Assembly (NCBI GenBank): GCA_040954595.2
Contig: CM082576.2
Span: 3,322,760-3,386,759, forward strand
Direction: 5' to 3'
DNA: 64,000 nucleotides
Origin: Balanoglossus misakiensis
Lineage: Eukaryota; Animalia; Hemichordata
Positions 24,281 through 37,183 of this stretch are shown one piece after another. A program made the position numbers and the translations under genes. The notes below the pieces were generated by a model. It did no database searches, was not told the origin of the DNA, and worked only from the letters and a program-made list of their open reading frames with translations. Numbering within the stretch: position 1 is the first letter of the stretch; every line of letters begins with the position of its first letter.

Positions 24281-27200
24281 GTATACAGCACTTATGGGTA
24301 GTAGTGTACTACACAACGTTATACACACTACACGATATAAATCCCTGTCAACCGTCAATGGCTTCGTTGTCGGGAAACTTCGCCAACTTCACCGGAACTG
24401 CGCTGTGTAATATTTGCTATCCACAAAAGAGGGCACACCGTTGCTGTCCGCAATATAATGTTATCCGTTTGTCGAAAGTGAATAAATCCCGCTGTGCTAT
24501 CATTCGCGTTTCTTTTCTTCAGTGCTGACCTAGGTTGTGGGTGAGTATTCGGTGACGGCGCACTTTTCGCGGAGTGACGGTGCTTTCCGTACAGTGGCAG
24601 ATGCATGAAGTGTCCAAAAAAATCAGGATCCCCGCTACTTATAGTTCGCGGCTGCATACCATTAGCATAATATTATCACTCAATCTGTCAGATTCGTTTG
24701 TTCTTAGTAGACAATGCGGCGATTCAAGTGGAACAATTGAGTCAATGGGCGGTACCCAGTTTTAGTCAGGCCCCCTTTGACATAGCGCTATTTTTAATTA
24801 ACCAGTTTGTCACCTACAGCCATGAATGAAGCTACTGTGGTACATCTGCCGTGTATTGCCCCACACCACACTCCTTCAAATCCACAACTAGCAACTTTTA
24901 AATTGTCAAACAGTTCAGACCAACCCCGCCCGACATCACCGCCGTACCCCCTGACAACTGTCTTAAAAGTTTCCTCTTACTTTGTTTTTAATTCCCTGTT
25001 CCGGAGGATGCTGCTGTAGGTGGGTGCCGGGGCCCAACCGTCTATGAATTATCTGCTGTCTTGGAGGTTTGGGGGTTTGATTTCGTTGTACCGGCCATGG
25101 TCACAACAGTTTACACTATTCGCGGGCTTTTAAAGTGCGGGTTTTGTCTCCGCTCGCGTGCCCCTCATCAACGAGGGTACATAATAGTCATGGGGCCGCT
25201 TTGTTCTACCAAGGCGATATTGTATGGTCAGCTGCTCTATGAAACATCGGCGCACCTGCCGGCTTTTGTGAAGGGCTTCATCCCCGTGTCAACAACAATT
25301 GACCATATATGGCCGGCGATGGCCCCCAGACATTGGTTGGCAGCGCTCTAATCACGCCCCTCTCCAGTCAGGCTTGACAGGAACCTTTCCTAATTGAAGA
25401 AGCCGACGCTTTTAATATGTTAATCTCAAAGGTGATAAGATTTTCGAGAGGGCACTCTGTCCAGAGATAAAAGGAGAGATTCGCGCCTCTTTTGGGGCGA
25501 CGTAGTATTCTTGTTTTTTGTCAATGACACAGTCAAAACGCGTGCGTTTATAACTCGGAAGTCTTCTCCGGCCGCAATATACAAAAACCCAACATCCCCA
25601 GAATTTTTCACAATGGACCCATTTTCCGTAGAGAATGCGAATCCCAAAAATGTTTGTAGATTGGTTAGCGCGAGGTCACAACCTTATTCAGGTTGTAAGC
25701 GCAGGACGTCGCGTCTTTTGTGAAGAAATGGCTCTTGTCTGGGCCGAACGTCGCTAACAAACAGGCGTCCATCGACGGACACTTATTCAGGCAGTCTATG
25801 AGTTTACATAGCGATTAATGGGATACATAGGTAAAGAAAAAAGGTCACTTATTGACTCGCGACGCGCGTGGCGGTGTTTACTCGCGATAAAGCACTCCAG
25901 ACGTGCAGTTTGGAGGATGAAAACATTCATTTTAAGGCCTTGGATTTCGCCTTGAAAAGTTGTGTTGCAATTTTGGATCTGCTTTGATTTTTTCTGCTAA
26001 AAAAAAACAGGTTTCCTCGTTGCGTTCCTGATCCCTCTGTTTTGCAATTGGCAGCTGGGCGGTGTTGGTACGACAGAAGGCCCAAAGCCACGTGTTTGTT
26101 ACGCCATCCATAATTAAATCCCCTGCGCGTGCCGCGGAGAGATAATGACGGTCCGATCTTTTGTTCAAAACAATGTAAACTAATTAGAAGTGCAAGAAGG
26201 TCGCGTGCCATCTTCCAAGATGAGCTGATATCTAAGACACAAAGGAATACCGATAAATCGTCTACACCACAAGAATCTGATTAAACGTGGTGACGGACCA
26301 TCTGCAGCTAGTCCACTGTCTTGACCTATAGGCCTACTGTCCAACGGGACAATAGGATGCGACCAGCCAGTAACGGTCAAAACTTAAAACTTGTATTTTT
26401 GTAACATGGCAACTTCAGCCAGTTTCGTTGCAAAGAAACGACTTTTTGGAAGTTTACTGAGTGGTACATTTAGATCATTTCGCTAAGCAAAATAACCAGG
26501 CCGCCCGTCTCTGTCTGTCTCAGTCTTTCTCTGCCCCCTTCTCTCTCTCTCTGTTATCATTCATAAAATGTCACTATCGTAGCCTGTTCTATTAACATTC
26601 CATAGACATCAGAAAAGAACGAGTAGCTTTTAGTCGGGTAAGATTAGAGAATCTCTCGTAAGTTGTACATCTGCTGTGTGCAAATACCTACAAAGATACA
26701 GCGCATCGAGTCGAGTGCAACAAGAAAACAAAAATACACTTGTGTCCAAGTTGCGTAAAAACATTTGCATGAAGTTGCGGGTTTTGTATAAACAATAACC
26801 GGACTCGCAGCTCCCACCTTCCTTTCTGTGCGTGTAGCTGCCATTAATATGACAGTTTACAAGTTACAATTGCAAATGAAAAAGTTGCCGAAGTGGTTAG
26901 GGTGAAATGAATGAGGAGTTTCAGGGGGAAACACTTGATAAAGTTCAATAACTTAGATAAATTCTACTACTCTCGATGGACACGTTCTCGTAATTTAAAG
27001 TTTATCACAGACTGTAGGACTTGTACTGATGCCTTTATGTTGCGCTAGGATGTAATTTCAAGGCGAGTTGATTTAGGATCGTGTTCAGTCCCGGACCCTA
27101 TCCCGTATTTCTGTGTATGCCATCTGCCATCCAATTTTGTTGTTGCTGTTTGTTTTTTACCAGAGAGAGTCGCGTTGAAAGAGATTGGGACGCGTCTTCT

Positions 27201-30200
27201 ATCTTCGGTGGCGTCTCGCGCACACATCAAAGTCCCCTCTTCGCGTGTGCCGGCGAAGTTCAGAGGATTTTCATACAATTGAGTGTGTAGAACAGAAACA
27301 ATAACGAGATTATCCAGTCGGCCACTTTCTTTTATGCACTGCCCGCGAAGATGGACAATGGGTGACAAATGGCTGCGCGTGGCTGTGCGTCGTGTCGTTC
27401 ATTCATAGTGGCTCCCCGTCATTGATTTTATTCACCTGTCTCGTTTACTCCGATTGTGTTATCTAATTACAAATGCAAATGTATTCATGTGGCACGTGTA
27501 TGTTGTTTGGGCTTACTGTGAATCTTTTGTTGTTGCGTCTACTGCGATTTTAACACCTAGGTGCTAAACACCCCTGAAATGACTGTAAACTTTGATAAAG
27601 AAGTTTTTGTTTCCCGATTTATCGGAATTCGAAGACGCGCGTGCCACCGAGTTGACTGACCAATGACGCTGCAGTGAGTACTTTTGTCTTTAAAATGACT
27701 GACAGCCGCTTCTGTGTCAAGAAATGCATTGTGCCATGCTTTCTGCACGTGTCTCTCTCCGGTCGGAGAAAATCATCCACCGAGCGAATCTATCCCGACA
27801 CGAAAGTTTTTTTTTCAACAGGTACGTTCGATCACGCATTGCCCGCCCCAGCTTGTCTGTGTCCATCGGCGTGAGGGTAGTACGGTCACTTTCTAAAGAT
27901 GTCCGCCAACTTCTGCTGGTTCCCGCCAAAGGAAAACAAAACACTTTTGAACGAGATATAACCTGACATACCCATTCACTATTTAAAAGCACAAAAAGTC
28001 AGTGTACAATGTATGCGGGCTATCGCGGTGTCGTGATCTTTAAATCCCAAACACGTGTCACCGAATGGCGTGTGTTGGTCATCAGAAAATGGAAGTCTTT
28101 ACAGCACGACCTCGCGACCGTTTACCGGTGTTTCGTTCTGTATTGTGATGATGATGATGACGAGTGTTATTAGCATTGTTGTTGTTATGCTTTTGTTGTT
28201 GTTCGTCTTCAGATGAAATTGCCACATGTACATAGCGAATCAAAATGTATAGACAACTTGCTAAAAGACGCCCAACATTCCTTGCCACAAAAAACAACCT
28301 GTTCTCTCGTCTACACAGAACTTGTAAACATCATCTCTTCTCTTTACACGTTTCGTAAGGTCTCTTGAAATGCTAAGCTAAATGTCAGTCAGGCGAACAC
28401 CTCACTGACGGAAAAAACTGCAACACCAATATAAAACTGCAATATCTACGTAGTAGAGGGAACAGCGCTGATTGTCAGGTGTTTACTATAATAGGGATAC
28501 CCCTGAATTTTCAGAAGGATGTTTTTAGTACTTTTATAGCGTGTTTCCTCGCTTACTCCAAAGCAAAGGCACGCTGGAGCTGATTCTGTTTTTCGAAAAC
28601 ACCAAAGAACTTTTCTTGCGATAACGTTTCTTCCAGCTGCTTAATTTGTTGTTCATGTACAAAGCGAAACCGTGGTTTCTAGGGACGCTACGTTTCGTAT
28701 CTAGCTTTGACGGCGTGATTTGGTTTAATTCAATAATGGTCATCCGTGTTTACTTCGGTGCTCTTTGATTTTTTGTTGTGCACGATATTTCGGGGATTTA
28801 AACATTTCATTCCCCTTTATCTGCCAAACCGCAACATGCACATCAAAGGAGCCGACCCTCCCTTCAATCAAATCACTGACGCTATCCTTCTATGTAAATA
28901 GGGCCAAACGCGTACCCCCTTCAAGTTGGTGCGTTCGCGTGGCCGGCTCGTGCCAAAACAAAGCTCATCACGGTTCCGCTATTGTCCCCCTTCGCCCCTC
29001 TTTTGTCTGTTCGTTTTCGCTTCTGTGTCGGCCGACTTTGATGCCGGCGCAGTGTGCGCTCATACGTCAACAACATGTTCCTTTCTTGACTTTAAGTGAC
29101 GTGCGGACAATGCACCGTTCGCGCTCGTTGTTAATTTCTTTTGTCGACTACATGTCATTTTCAACCCCTCAATAGACATGACCACCTGACGCTGCGACGG
29201 ACCGCGCGCCATGCGTCGTCATTCCGTAAATAAGACGGGGCAGCGGATAAGGAGTGCATCACAACGATCTTTAAAACATCATTACACTGCTCGAGCACCA
29301 TGACCCAGGGTTACCAGGACCATAATACATCAACCAAGTTTTGCAACAATAACTAGCTTGGAGCGCGCGCGCGTAAACAAAGAACTTGTAGGGCTTCTTG
29401 GAGCCACGGCCTCTCATTCAACCAGACAGCCTGCACTACAACAGCACTTTTCCTCTTTTACCAAAAAATGAAGGCTTTTTACATTGACATACTTGTCTCA
29501 AGTGATACAGATCAAGGTTATCACACACACACATACACACACACACGCACGCACGCCGTGGTCTTTCAGGTCGAGCCAATGGTCTCTGCCCCCCTCTCTA
29601 TGCTTTGTCAACAAAGAGATTTGCGGCGATCGACACAACGGGTCATGTGGCCGAATTACTGTCAAACAACAAGCGCGTAATGCACGCACGTGGCACCGAG
29701 TAACGTGATTACGTTAATATCTTTCTCAAATTGAAAATGGGTATCCGTTGAAAATACGTGAGGATGTATTAGGTTGTAAAAAGTTTTCGAGTCTTTTGGT
29801 GTTTTCGGTCCTCGCGTGCATGCTTTGTGCGCGTATTCGCTGATTGTGTCCCCTTTGTCCGGGGTTGGTATACATGTGGCCTGGAGTTTCTTTGTGTGTT
29901 TCGTGTGTGGATTTGGGTGCATGTTTTGTTACGTGTGCAGGATCCTGGTTTTTAGATTCGCATTTCGCTACAAACCAAGATTCGCCCATCTCGGCAACCA
30001 TCTTTTGTCCAAGCAGCCCCCCTAAAAGAAACACCCCCTTCAACATTCCATGAAGTGGCAGATGTTTCAGGGTCCTGGAGACGTGTACGGTGTTTACCTC
30101 ATGTCAATTTCGGGAGATCTGGGCTAATGCTGCTCCTGTGCCCCAGTCAAGCTTTAGAACCAGACCAAACAATTCCCCGATGGCTCCCTTCTATTGTTGC

Positions 30201-33200
30201 CAAGTCCTTTTGTGTCCGTTGTTGGGCGAATCGAGAGGCCGCCGATCAGCCCAGTCGCCGTGGTCTCTCTAAAAAACCGTCAACACGGTAATTATACTCG
30301 AGCCCTTTTTTGACAAGACCAAAACTACAAGCGGGCAGCTGCAAGCAGAATGATACAAATTATTCCAAATGCTGGTGCCGTTCTTTGCAATCGCATATTT
30401 TTCCTGCGCCTTGTGCCAGCGATCATAAATAGCGACCGGGGATGGTGGACCATTTAAAAAGAATTGTCAGACCCCCACCACACAATGCGCTAATCAGGGT
30501 GCTTATAGAGAAGCATATGTACCGCTCAGTTTAACACTATTGGATTGGTTTTTAAATTTCTCCCTGAAAGGGAAAGGGGGAATAAAATTAATTTTCTGAA
30601 CTATGTACCACCACACATCCGTCCGACTTGGCATTAATTCAGCGGCGCGATGCTTTGATTGATGGAGCCACGACAGGTCTTATTCTTCGCTCTTCAGAAC
30701 AGAAACGGTGGGGCCATTATTTTCAAGCAGGCTTAATGAATGAGTGCACGTGCTACTGTTTGGTGACTTGGGCCATAACGCTAATAAGGAACATTTCATA
30801 AAAAGCCATTCAGATTCGGGTGTTTTTTAAGACGATAAAAGAGAAAAGTTAATACGGCGGGCGATTTTCCCGAAATAGTTTTGTCGGTGTGTGTTCTCAA
30901 ACTTCGTTTCAATCACGGCGTGCCACTTGTTTGAGTGCGTGTGTTCTAACTTAAGTGCGCGCACGTGCACAGGAAATTCTAATTATTGACTTATTATGAC
31001 AGAAAAATTCTTTGATAAATCAGGCGACTGACTCAGTGTGTCGCGGACTGTTTCGGCTCTTAGAGAAATCTTCGCGTACCGGTTAAGTTGTCTCGGACGA
31101 ACTTTATCGACACGAAGGTTAATAATTGCTCTTGTTTTGTGTGGGAGGGGGTTTACAAAAGGTGAAACGTTTCGAATTGTACAATTTCACTCGCAAAAAC
31201 CGACGCATAATATAAACCTTCACAAAATGTGGCTTGTGTAAATCCTGCCTTGTCTTGGTGAAATGGACAGCTGTCAGTTTTCGTGCAGTGATCGCGTATC
31301 AGGACTGCCATAATAGAGGAGAAGGGGGAATAGGTGTTTTGTTGAGGGGCAGACTCAGCTTAAGAGGATTGTTTACGGAGGGAGGGTGGGACAATAGTAA
31401 ACATAATTCAAAATGCACCCATCATATGAGTATTAATTTGTAGCACCCCGTCGAAATTAAACTGCGTTAAAATTATTGTGTGAGGCTCCACTGCAATGAA
31501 AGAAATCCGAAGAACGATAATTGAAAGTTTTACAAAAGGGGTATTTAGAGAAAGACCCTTATGATTATCACGTAGTTCACAGATCCTATCTTGATCAGAT
31601 TTGTGTTTCGCTAAATCAACACGAGATAAGGCACATTACCAGGTGCAGAGGTACCTCCGTGACCCTAGGAAAGAAAACTGTTATCTAGAAAAGGATCTTT
31701 TCCCCTCACAGTTTCACTTCCTTGTTCCCGTTAGTTTACACAAAACGATCCGCAAACTTGCCACCTGTCTAGCGAGCGGTCAATTCATCGATACAGTTTG
31801 CAAGATACAAATCGTCCGCACCTCAAGTTTATACTAGTACTCTGCATCGCTCACTGAGAGAAATTAAACCAGCTGAGTGCTCTATGTGCTGGTGAACATC
31901 ATTGTGAAAACAACAACAACACACTGAACCCGATGACCTTCAGTCGGAAATGGAAATGGGACCCCACAATCGTCTCGCCATATTCTTATTTTTGAATGTC
32001 GAGACACATTAAAAGTTTATTGCTGTGTCTCTTGTGTGGTCTGGGATAGTTCTGTGATTGAAATGCGCATATTAGAACAGTTTTCGGTAAAACAAAAACC
32101 ACCTGTTGAACGATGGCCTTAGAAAGTACACGCATGCGTACATCATCGACACCTCCTCACTCCTCCCTAACGCATTCTTCGGCGTCGACAACTTTACATT
32201 CGTATTTCACTAGAAGGCTACGTTGAGAAAATGAGTATGATTATATACCATAGGTACACTATGGCATAGCTGTAACGTTTGGACTTTAACAACTGTAGGT
32301 CGTCATATGTATCAACTGTCCCCTGTGGTCATGATCTCGACGACACGTGAAAATCCCGATTTCTTTACAAAACTTTTGATCCCTGCCGAAAGCACAACGA
32401 TTCAACGTTTTTGGCACACTATTGAACAGCAACCCTCTAACCAAAGCATTCGCATTATTTCAGCATAACCACTGAAAATTTCCAGACAGACAGTCCCGAT
32501 AGGTAAACGCAATTTTGACGACAATTAGGAAGGCGCCAACTACACAACTATGTAACTCATTACAGTGCGCCAGGTAATCGAATAAGTCGAATATTGCTGT
32601 TTGAACAAGTTGGCACAAATCTCAACAATACTAACGTGCGCAAACATTCACCGAACATATTGCAATTTTACTGGGCGTGTGGATTATTTCTTGTTTTAAT
32701 ATTTGTGTGAGGGAGTTGACGAGTCATGTGGATCGCTTTAATTAGTCTTTACAAAGCCACCTACACACAACAGTCGACATATATATGTTTGCTAAAATTA
32801 TCAAGTGAATAAATAAATGGTCACGATTTTTAAACGTTAGCGGTAATGTAGAGTAAACGAGATATTTTCTGCATGTGACGAAAGTCATACCATGTTGCAA
32901 GTAGACACGGGCTCACGTTGTATCGCAGATTGCTATATACCACGCGATAAGTTCAGCAGTTGGGCCGCGATATTTAAAAAAAATAAGATAGTGTTTTCTG
33001 CTTAAAATGAGCGTTGTTATTTCCAAGTTGCAAAAAGGCATCCTAAGTAACAGTCGAACACACACCAGTAACTTTCTCACTTTAACATTGCCGTCTTCAA
33101 ATCTACTTCTGAAGGAATACCGCTTTCTTAATCTTGACTAAATCAGATGTACATTTTAGTGAAATAGTGATGAACGGACACCATCACTTCGCATCTGCAA

Positions 33201-36200
33201 GACCACACACGTTCACGAGAAGCGAAGTGATGAGACACGGGGATTCAGTTATTGCTGTCGCATCGGCTTTATTCTCGCCTCGATTTATTTTCGCTGGGTC
33301 CAGAAATCGAATGGCCATTAGGAATCTTGTTTGGGAGAGAAAAATTAGCCTGGGACCTGCGAGTACAGCGATAACAAGAATTCCAATTCAAAATAAAATA
33401 TTTCTCTGTATTTATTTTCAGTGCGGATGGCATGACGAGGCACGCTCGTTGGCCATTGATAAGCTTTGGTATTGGATGGTCAATGGCCCTTGGATTGTTG
33501 ATTCAAAGTTCAGGGTACTTCTGAGGTCCGGAAAGGTTTTTACACCGGGAATTTGATGCTAACTTCGAACTTAAAGTCTTACTAGACTAGACTGCGTTCG
33601 TTAGCCAGTAAACCAAGCAGCACTCCCGAAGTCTTCGAAACCAAATACACAGGTCATTATGGCACAATATCGCCCAATTGACACCAACAAATTTTAAAAT
33701 TCCTGGCATTGTTTAGAATTAGCCAAAAGTCTCGGTTCGCGTAATTATCTATGTCAGGTTTTTACATCATGTCGAGAGCAATTAGTGGAGTGGCTCGCTT
33801 TCTACTCCATAGGCGCGCATGTTTACCAGAGTAATACTGATAATATATACTTATGTCTCTTTTTACTTCTGTGTTGTTTTTTACGACGTGGGATATTTTC
33901 GACTTCCTGGTGGATGACCTGACGGCTCTTCTGGCAGTGTCGCGGGGGACATGTCCCCAGACCCGCCTGTCTCGAGTCTTGGCCGTCGTGGTCATAGACT
34001 CTAAGGGAATCCATTACTGGTTTGGTTTCTGTACTCTTGGAAGACAACGCAAGTCATCCCGTGGTTCTACGGTATTCGATCATTGATCACGGTTTGCGTT
34101 AAACCAAATCGTGTTGTTTTTACGAGACAAAAAGTTGCTCATCGCTTTAGTACTTCGGCCGGGGTGTGAACGATCAACCAAACAAAACAAACAGAAAAGT
34201 GTCGAATTTCACGCGTTCAGTTCAAGTTATCACCTCTGTGCACCAACGTCAACTTTCATTGCCAATTATTCTACTCATAAATTCTTCGAATTTTAGAATC
34301 TGTGTGTGGAAATCCGACCACCAACCACCCCGGCGTCTTTTGTCCATTATGTGGACGGATCTCGTCTATTGTCCGGGTTGAGAAAATTTCAAATTTCCAG
34401 CGTCCCCGCGTCGCTGTTAATTTCCATGAATTTCATTAGCGCCGCTTTTGCCGATTAACGAGGGGACGATTCATTAACTGCCTTGGACGGATATTGGACA
34501 ATAGATCGTTGCGTGATTGGTTCCGGAAGTAGCACGCGAAGCTCCTTCGCTGTATCCCAATAGCCGCACCTAACGTGATGTATCTCAAAATAGCTAAACG
34601 GACCATATAATCTTTTTGACAAGACCCCATGATCAAATTTTACATTTAGACAATCCCCAATAGTTATCAAACTTCAGGAAATGCGCCTTACAGTGACTAC
34701 ATGGTTCTTTCCAGGGAAGTTTAAGATTTTCGTGAAAAAAATATATCTGTGCGAGGAACATGGCATGCGTAAATGGCTGCAGTCACCCCGCATCGCAAGT
34801 TTAATGAAAAATTACTGGTACCGCGGTTAACCGGTGGGGATACAGATTAACTACACGGTATGCAGAATTTGTCGTTTGGGCGGGAGAAAATAAATCTTTT
34901 GATTTTTGGGCGAAGCAACAGAAGCTACGAGCAGTTTTTTTTTCTAACCGGTGAAAATCTGATTATTTTGTAACATGAAATTTTTAATTATTGTGCTGTA
35001 ATTTAATTATAAGCTTCTGAGGATTGATTCATCCTCTATGAACAAAAGCACGAAAGGTTCAAAGTTCAAGTGTTTAATTTAAAGGGGTATAAAGCGGACA
35101 ATAAATTTAAAATCGGAAAAGTGGACGCGGCTGTTCATTCTGTCTGGCACTACCAATATCCTCACGTCGCGTACCTTGTGAAGCAGTAAAGACCACACAG
35201 TTCAGCAAACTACATTTGCTATAACGAGATCATAAACTGTCCATTCGCAGATACGTGTCACCTCTCGACCACAACGATCTGTGATTTGAAATCCCAACTG
35301 ACGAATCACAACATTTTCGACCAATCATAAGCCACCTCTCAGTTTGGCATTGAGTTCGAAAGAAAGCCCCGCTGTCATATTTTTCAAAGTCATTCATTCT
35401 AACCGTTCTGTGATGTTTTCATTCATCTGACCAAAATTGGTCTTGTGAGTTCTGAATGGCAAGATGAAATCTTAACTGCTGTCCAATATCCAATCCCGCA
35501 GCGCCAAGACACACATTTTGAGGGTCTGAAGCCATTTCCGTCTTTATCCTCGACTTCTCTCGTCGATATAACGACACCAGTAATCGGTGGGGGCAAAGTT
35601 TAAGAATGATGCACTAGTTTACGTAAACGATTGAAAAAATATTAAACGGGATTTTGAAAAAAATATCCCCACGGACGAATAAATCATCGGCTTGTTTGGA
35701 TGTCCCGTTGACACAGAACATAAGCAAATAAAGCCACAACTGGCGCTGAAACAAAGTTCATACTCTGTGTTCTTTCTATGAATACACATTTATTATGCGA
35801 GTTATGCCTGGTATGATCGGAGTGAGACTTGTGACCTTGTTGAACATGATTATTCATGAGATATCCCAACAAATGTGACGAACTTAACATCTTTGGAAGC
35901 AAACACCGCTATCCGAAATAATTTTTTTATGTGGAGAATATTTTTCTGTTCTGTTAACTGGTGCCGGGCGGTCGATCAACACCGACGAGTTAGATATTAC
36001 TGAGCAGTGATGTCATAAAAGAAATGTTGGAATGTCTGCATTCGCGCAATGAAAGCAAAGGTTACAGTGTCACAGTCGACCTTGTTCAAATTTCTCCTAT
36101 TACTTTCATTTAATGGGGCGACATAAATCATTTGCGGTTACCGATATTTTTTTTTGCCTTCTCAATATTACGAATAAGAAGGGGCGCTTGTGCTTATTCC

Positions 36201-36938
36201 ATTAAATGGATCCTGATCCCCACTTAAAGCAAACACAGCGAAATTTTCCGCACATGTGGGCAACGTGACATTTGTACAGATACACAACAGAAGGAAAGAA
36301 ATAACCACGGACGAACTTCTACAGAGAGAAAGGGTTCTGAGTACAGGCCGAGGGGACACTTGGCAAACAGGGAGAGTCATCTCATTTGCATACATTACGC
36401 ACGATACCAATCATGCATGACCGATGTGTCATGTCTTGTGTGGCAAATGGCCAGAAGAGAAAGGGGTTTCCTCGCAGGAACTGCTTCCGACTTGCAGGTA
36501 ACACAGACGGATGTGGATCAACTCATCAAAGTAAACCACCGGACCCGCGTTCTTTTGTTCCCGGCGCTGACTGTAATTCAGCAGTAAATGTTACACAGTC
36601 AAGAGGAATGTCGTGTTTTGGGTTTTGTATTGTTTTCTTTCACAATAAAATGACGTCTCCCCGCCACTTGGGCATGGTCGCCCAAAACCGACGGAAATTA
36701 CTTGTAATCGCGACAATACAAGTGTTCCACTCGTCGTCGCTTCACCCAAAATAGATCAATCATAAGAATTGATGAGCAACGCGGATATTCACCTCGTCAC
36801 TTACGTCATATCAAGAAAACAAATGCCGACAGAAGATGGTTCCAAATTTCAAAGTCAAACGGGCAAATCAAAACCACAATGGGTTAGCATGCTATCGCTG
36901 GTTACACTTGTTACGTAGGAGAAGTTTGCTGTTGTTTT

Positions 36939-37183
36939 GTGACCAGGTGTGTTTTCGCTTACTTTCGTAATTTGAATATTTGCGTGACCAGGTGTGGTGC
37001 ATTCATTATTTTCCCCATATAAAAAGCCCGCACGTTGTGTTGCGGCGTAGCTACTAATTTGGACTTGTCCGTGTGAGCTGTTCTGTTCCTCGCCGGCTTG
37101 GAAGCTGTGCCTTATTTCATTTTGCACTGGTCTGGAAACCGCGCCCAGAAGCCGTGTTATTTCATGCTGCACTGGTCTGGAAA
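36939..37183. repeat. Two pairs of direct repeats, each with a 45-bp period
   Basis: GTGACCAGGTGTG at 36939 and 36984; TTATTTCATnnTGCACTGGTCTGGAAA at 37112 and 37157. Confidence 0.6.

Noticed and set aside
28384-28409. Short imperfect inverted repeat GTCAGTCAGG...CCTCACTGAC
   Set aside because: A 10-bp stem with one mismatch is expected by chance in 64 kb; no target-site duplication or MITE structure.
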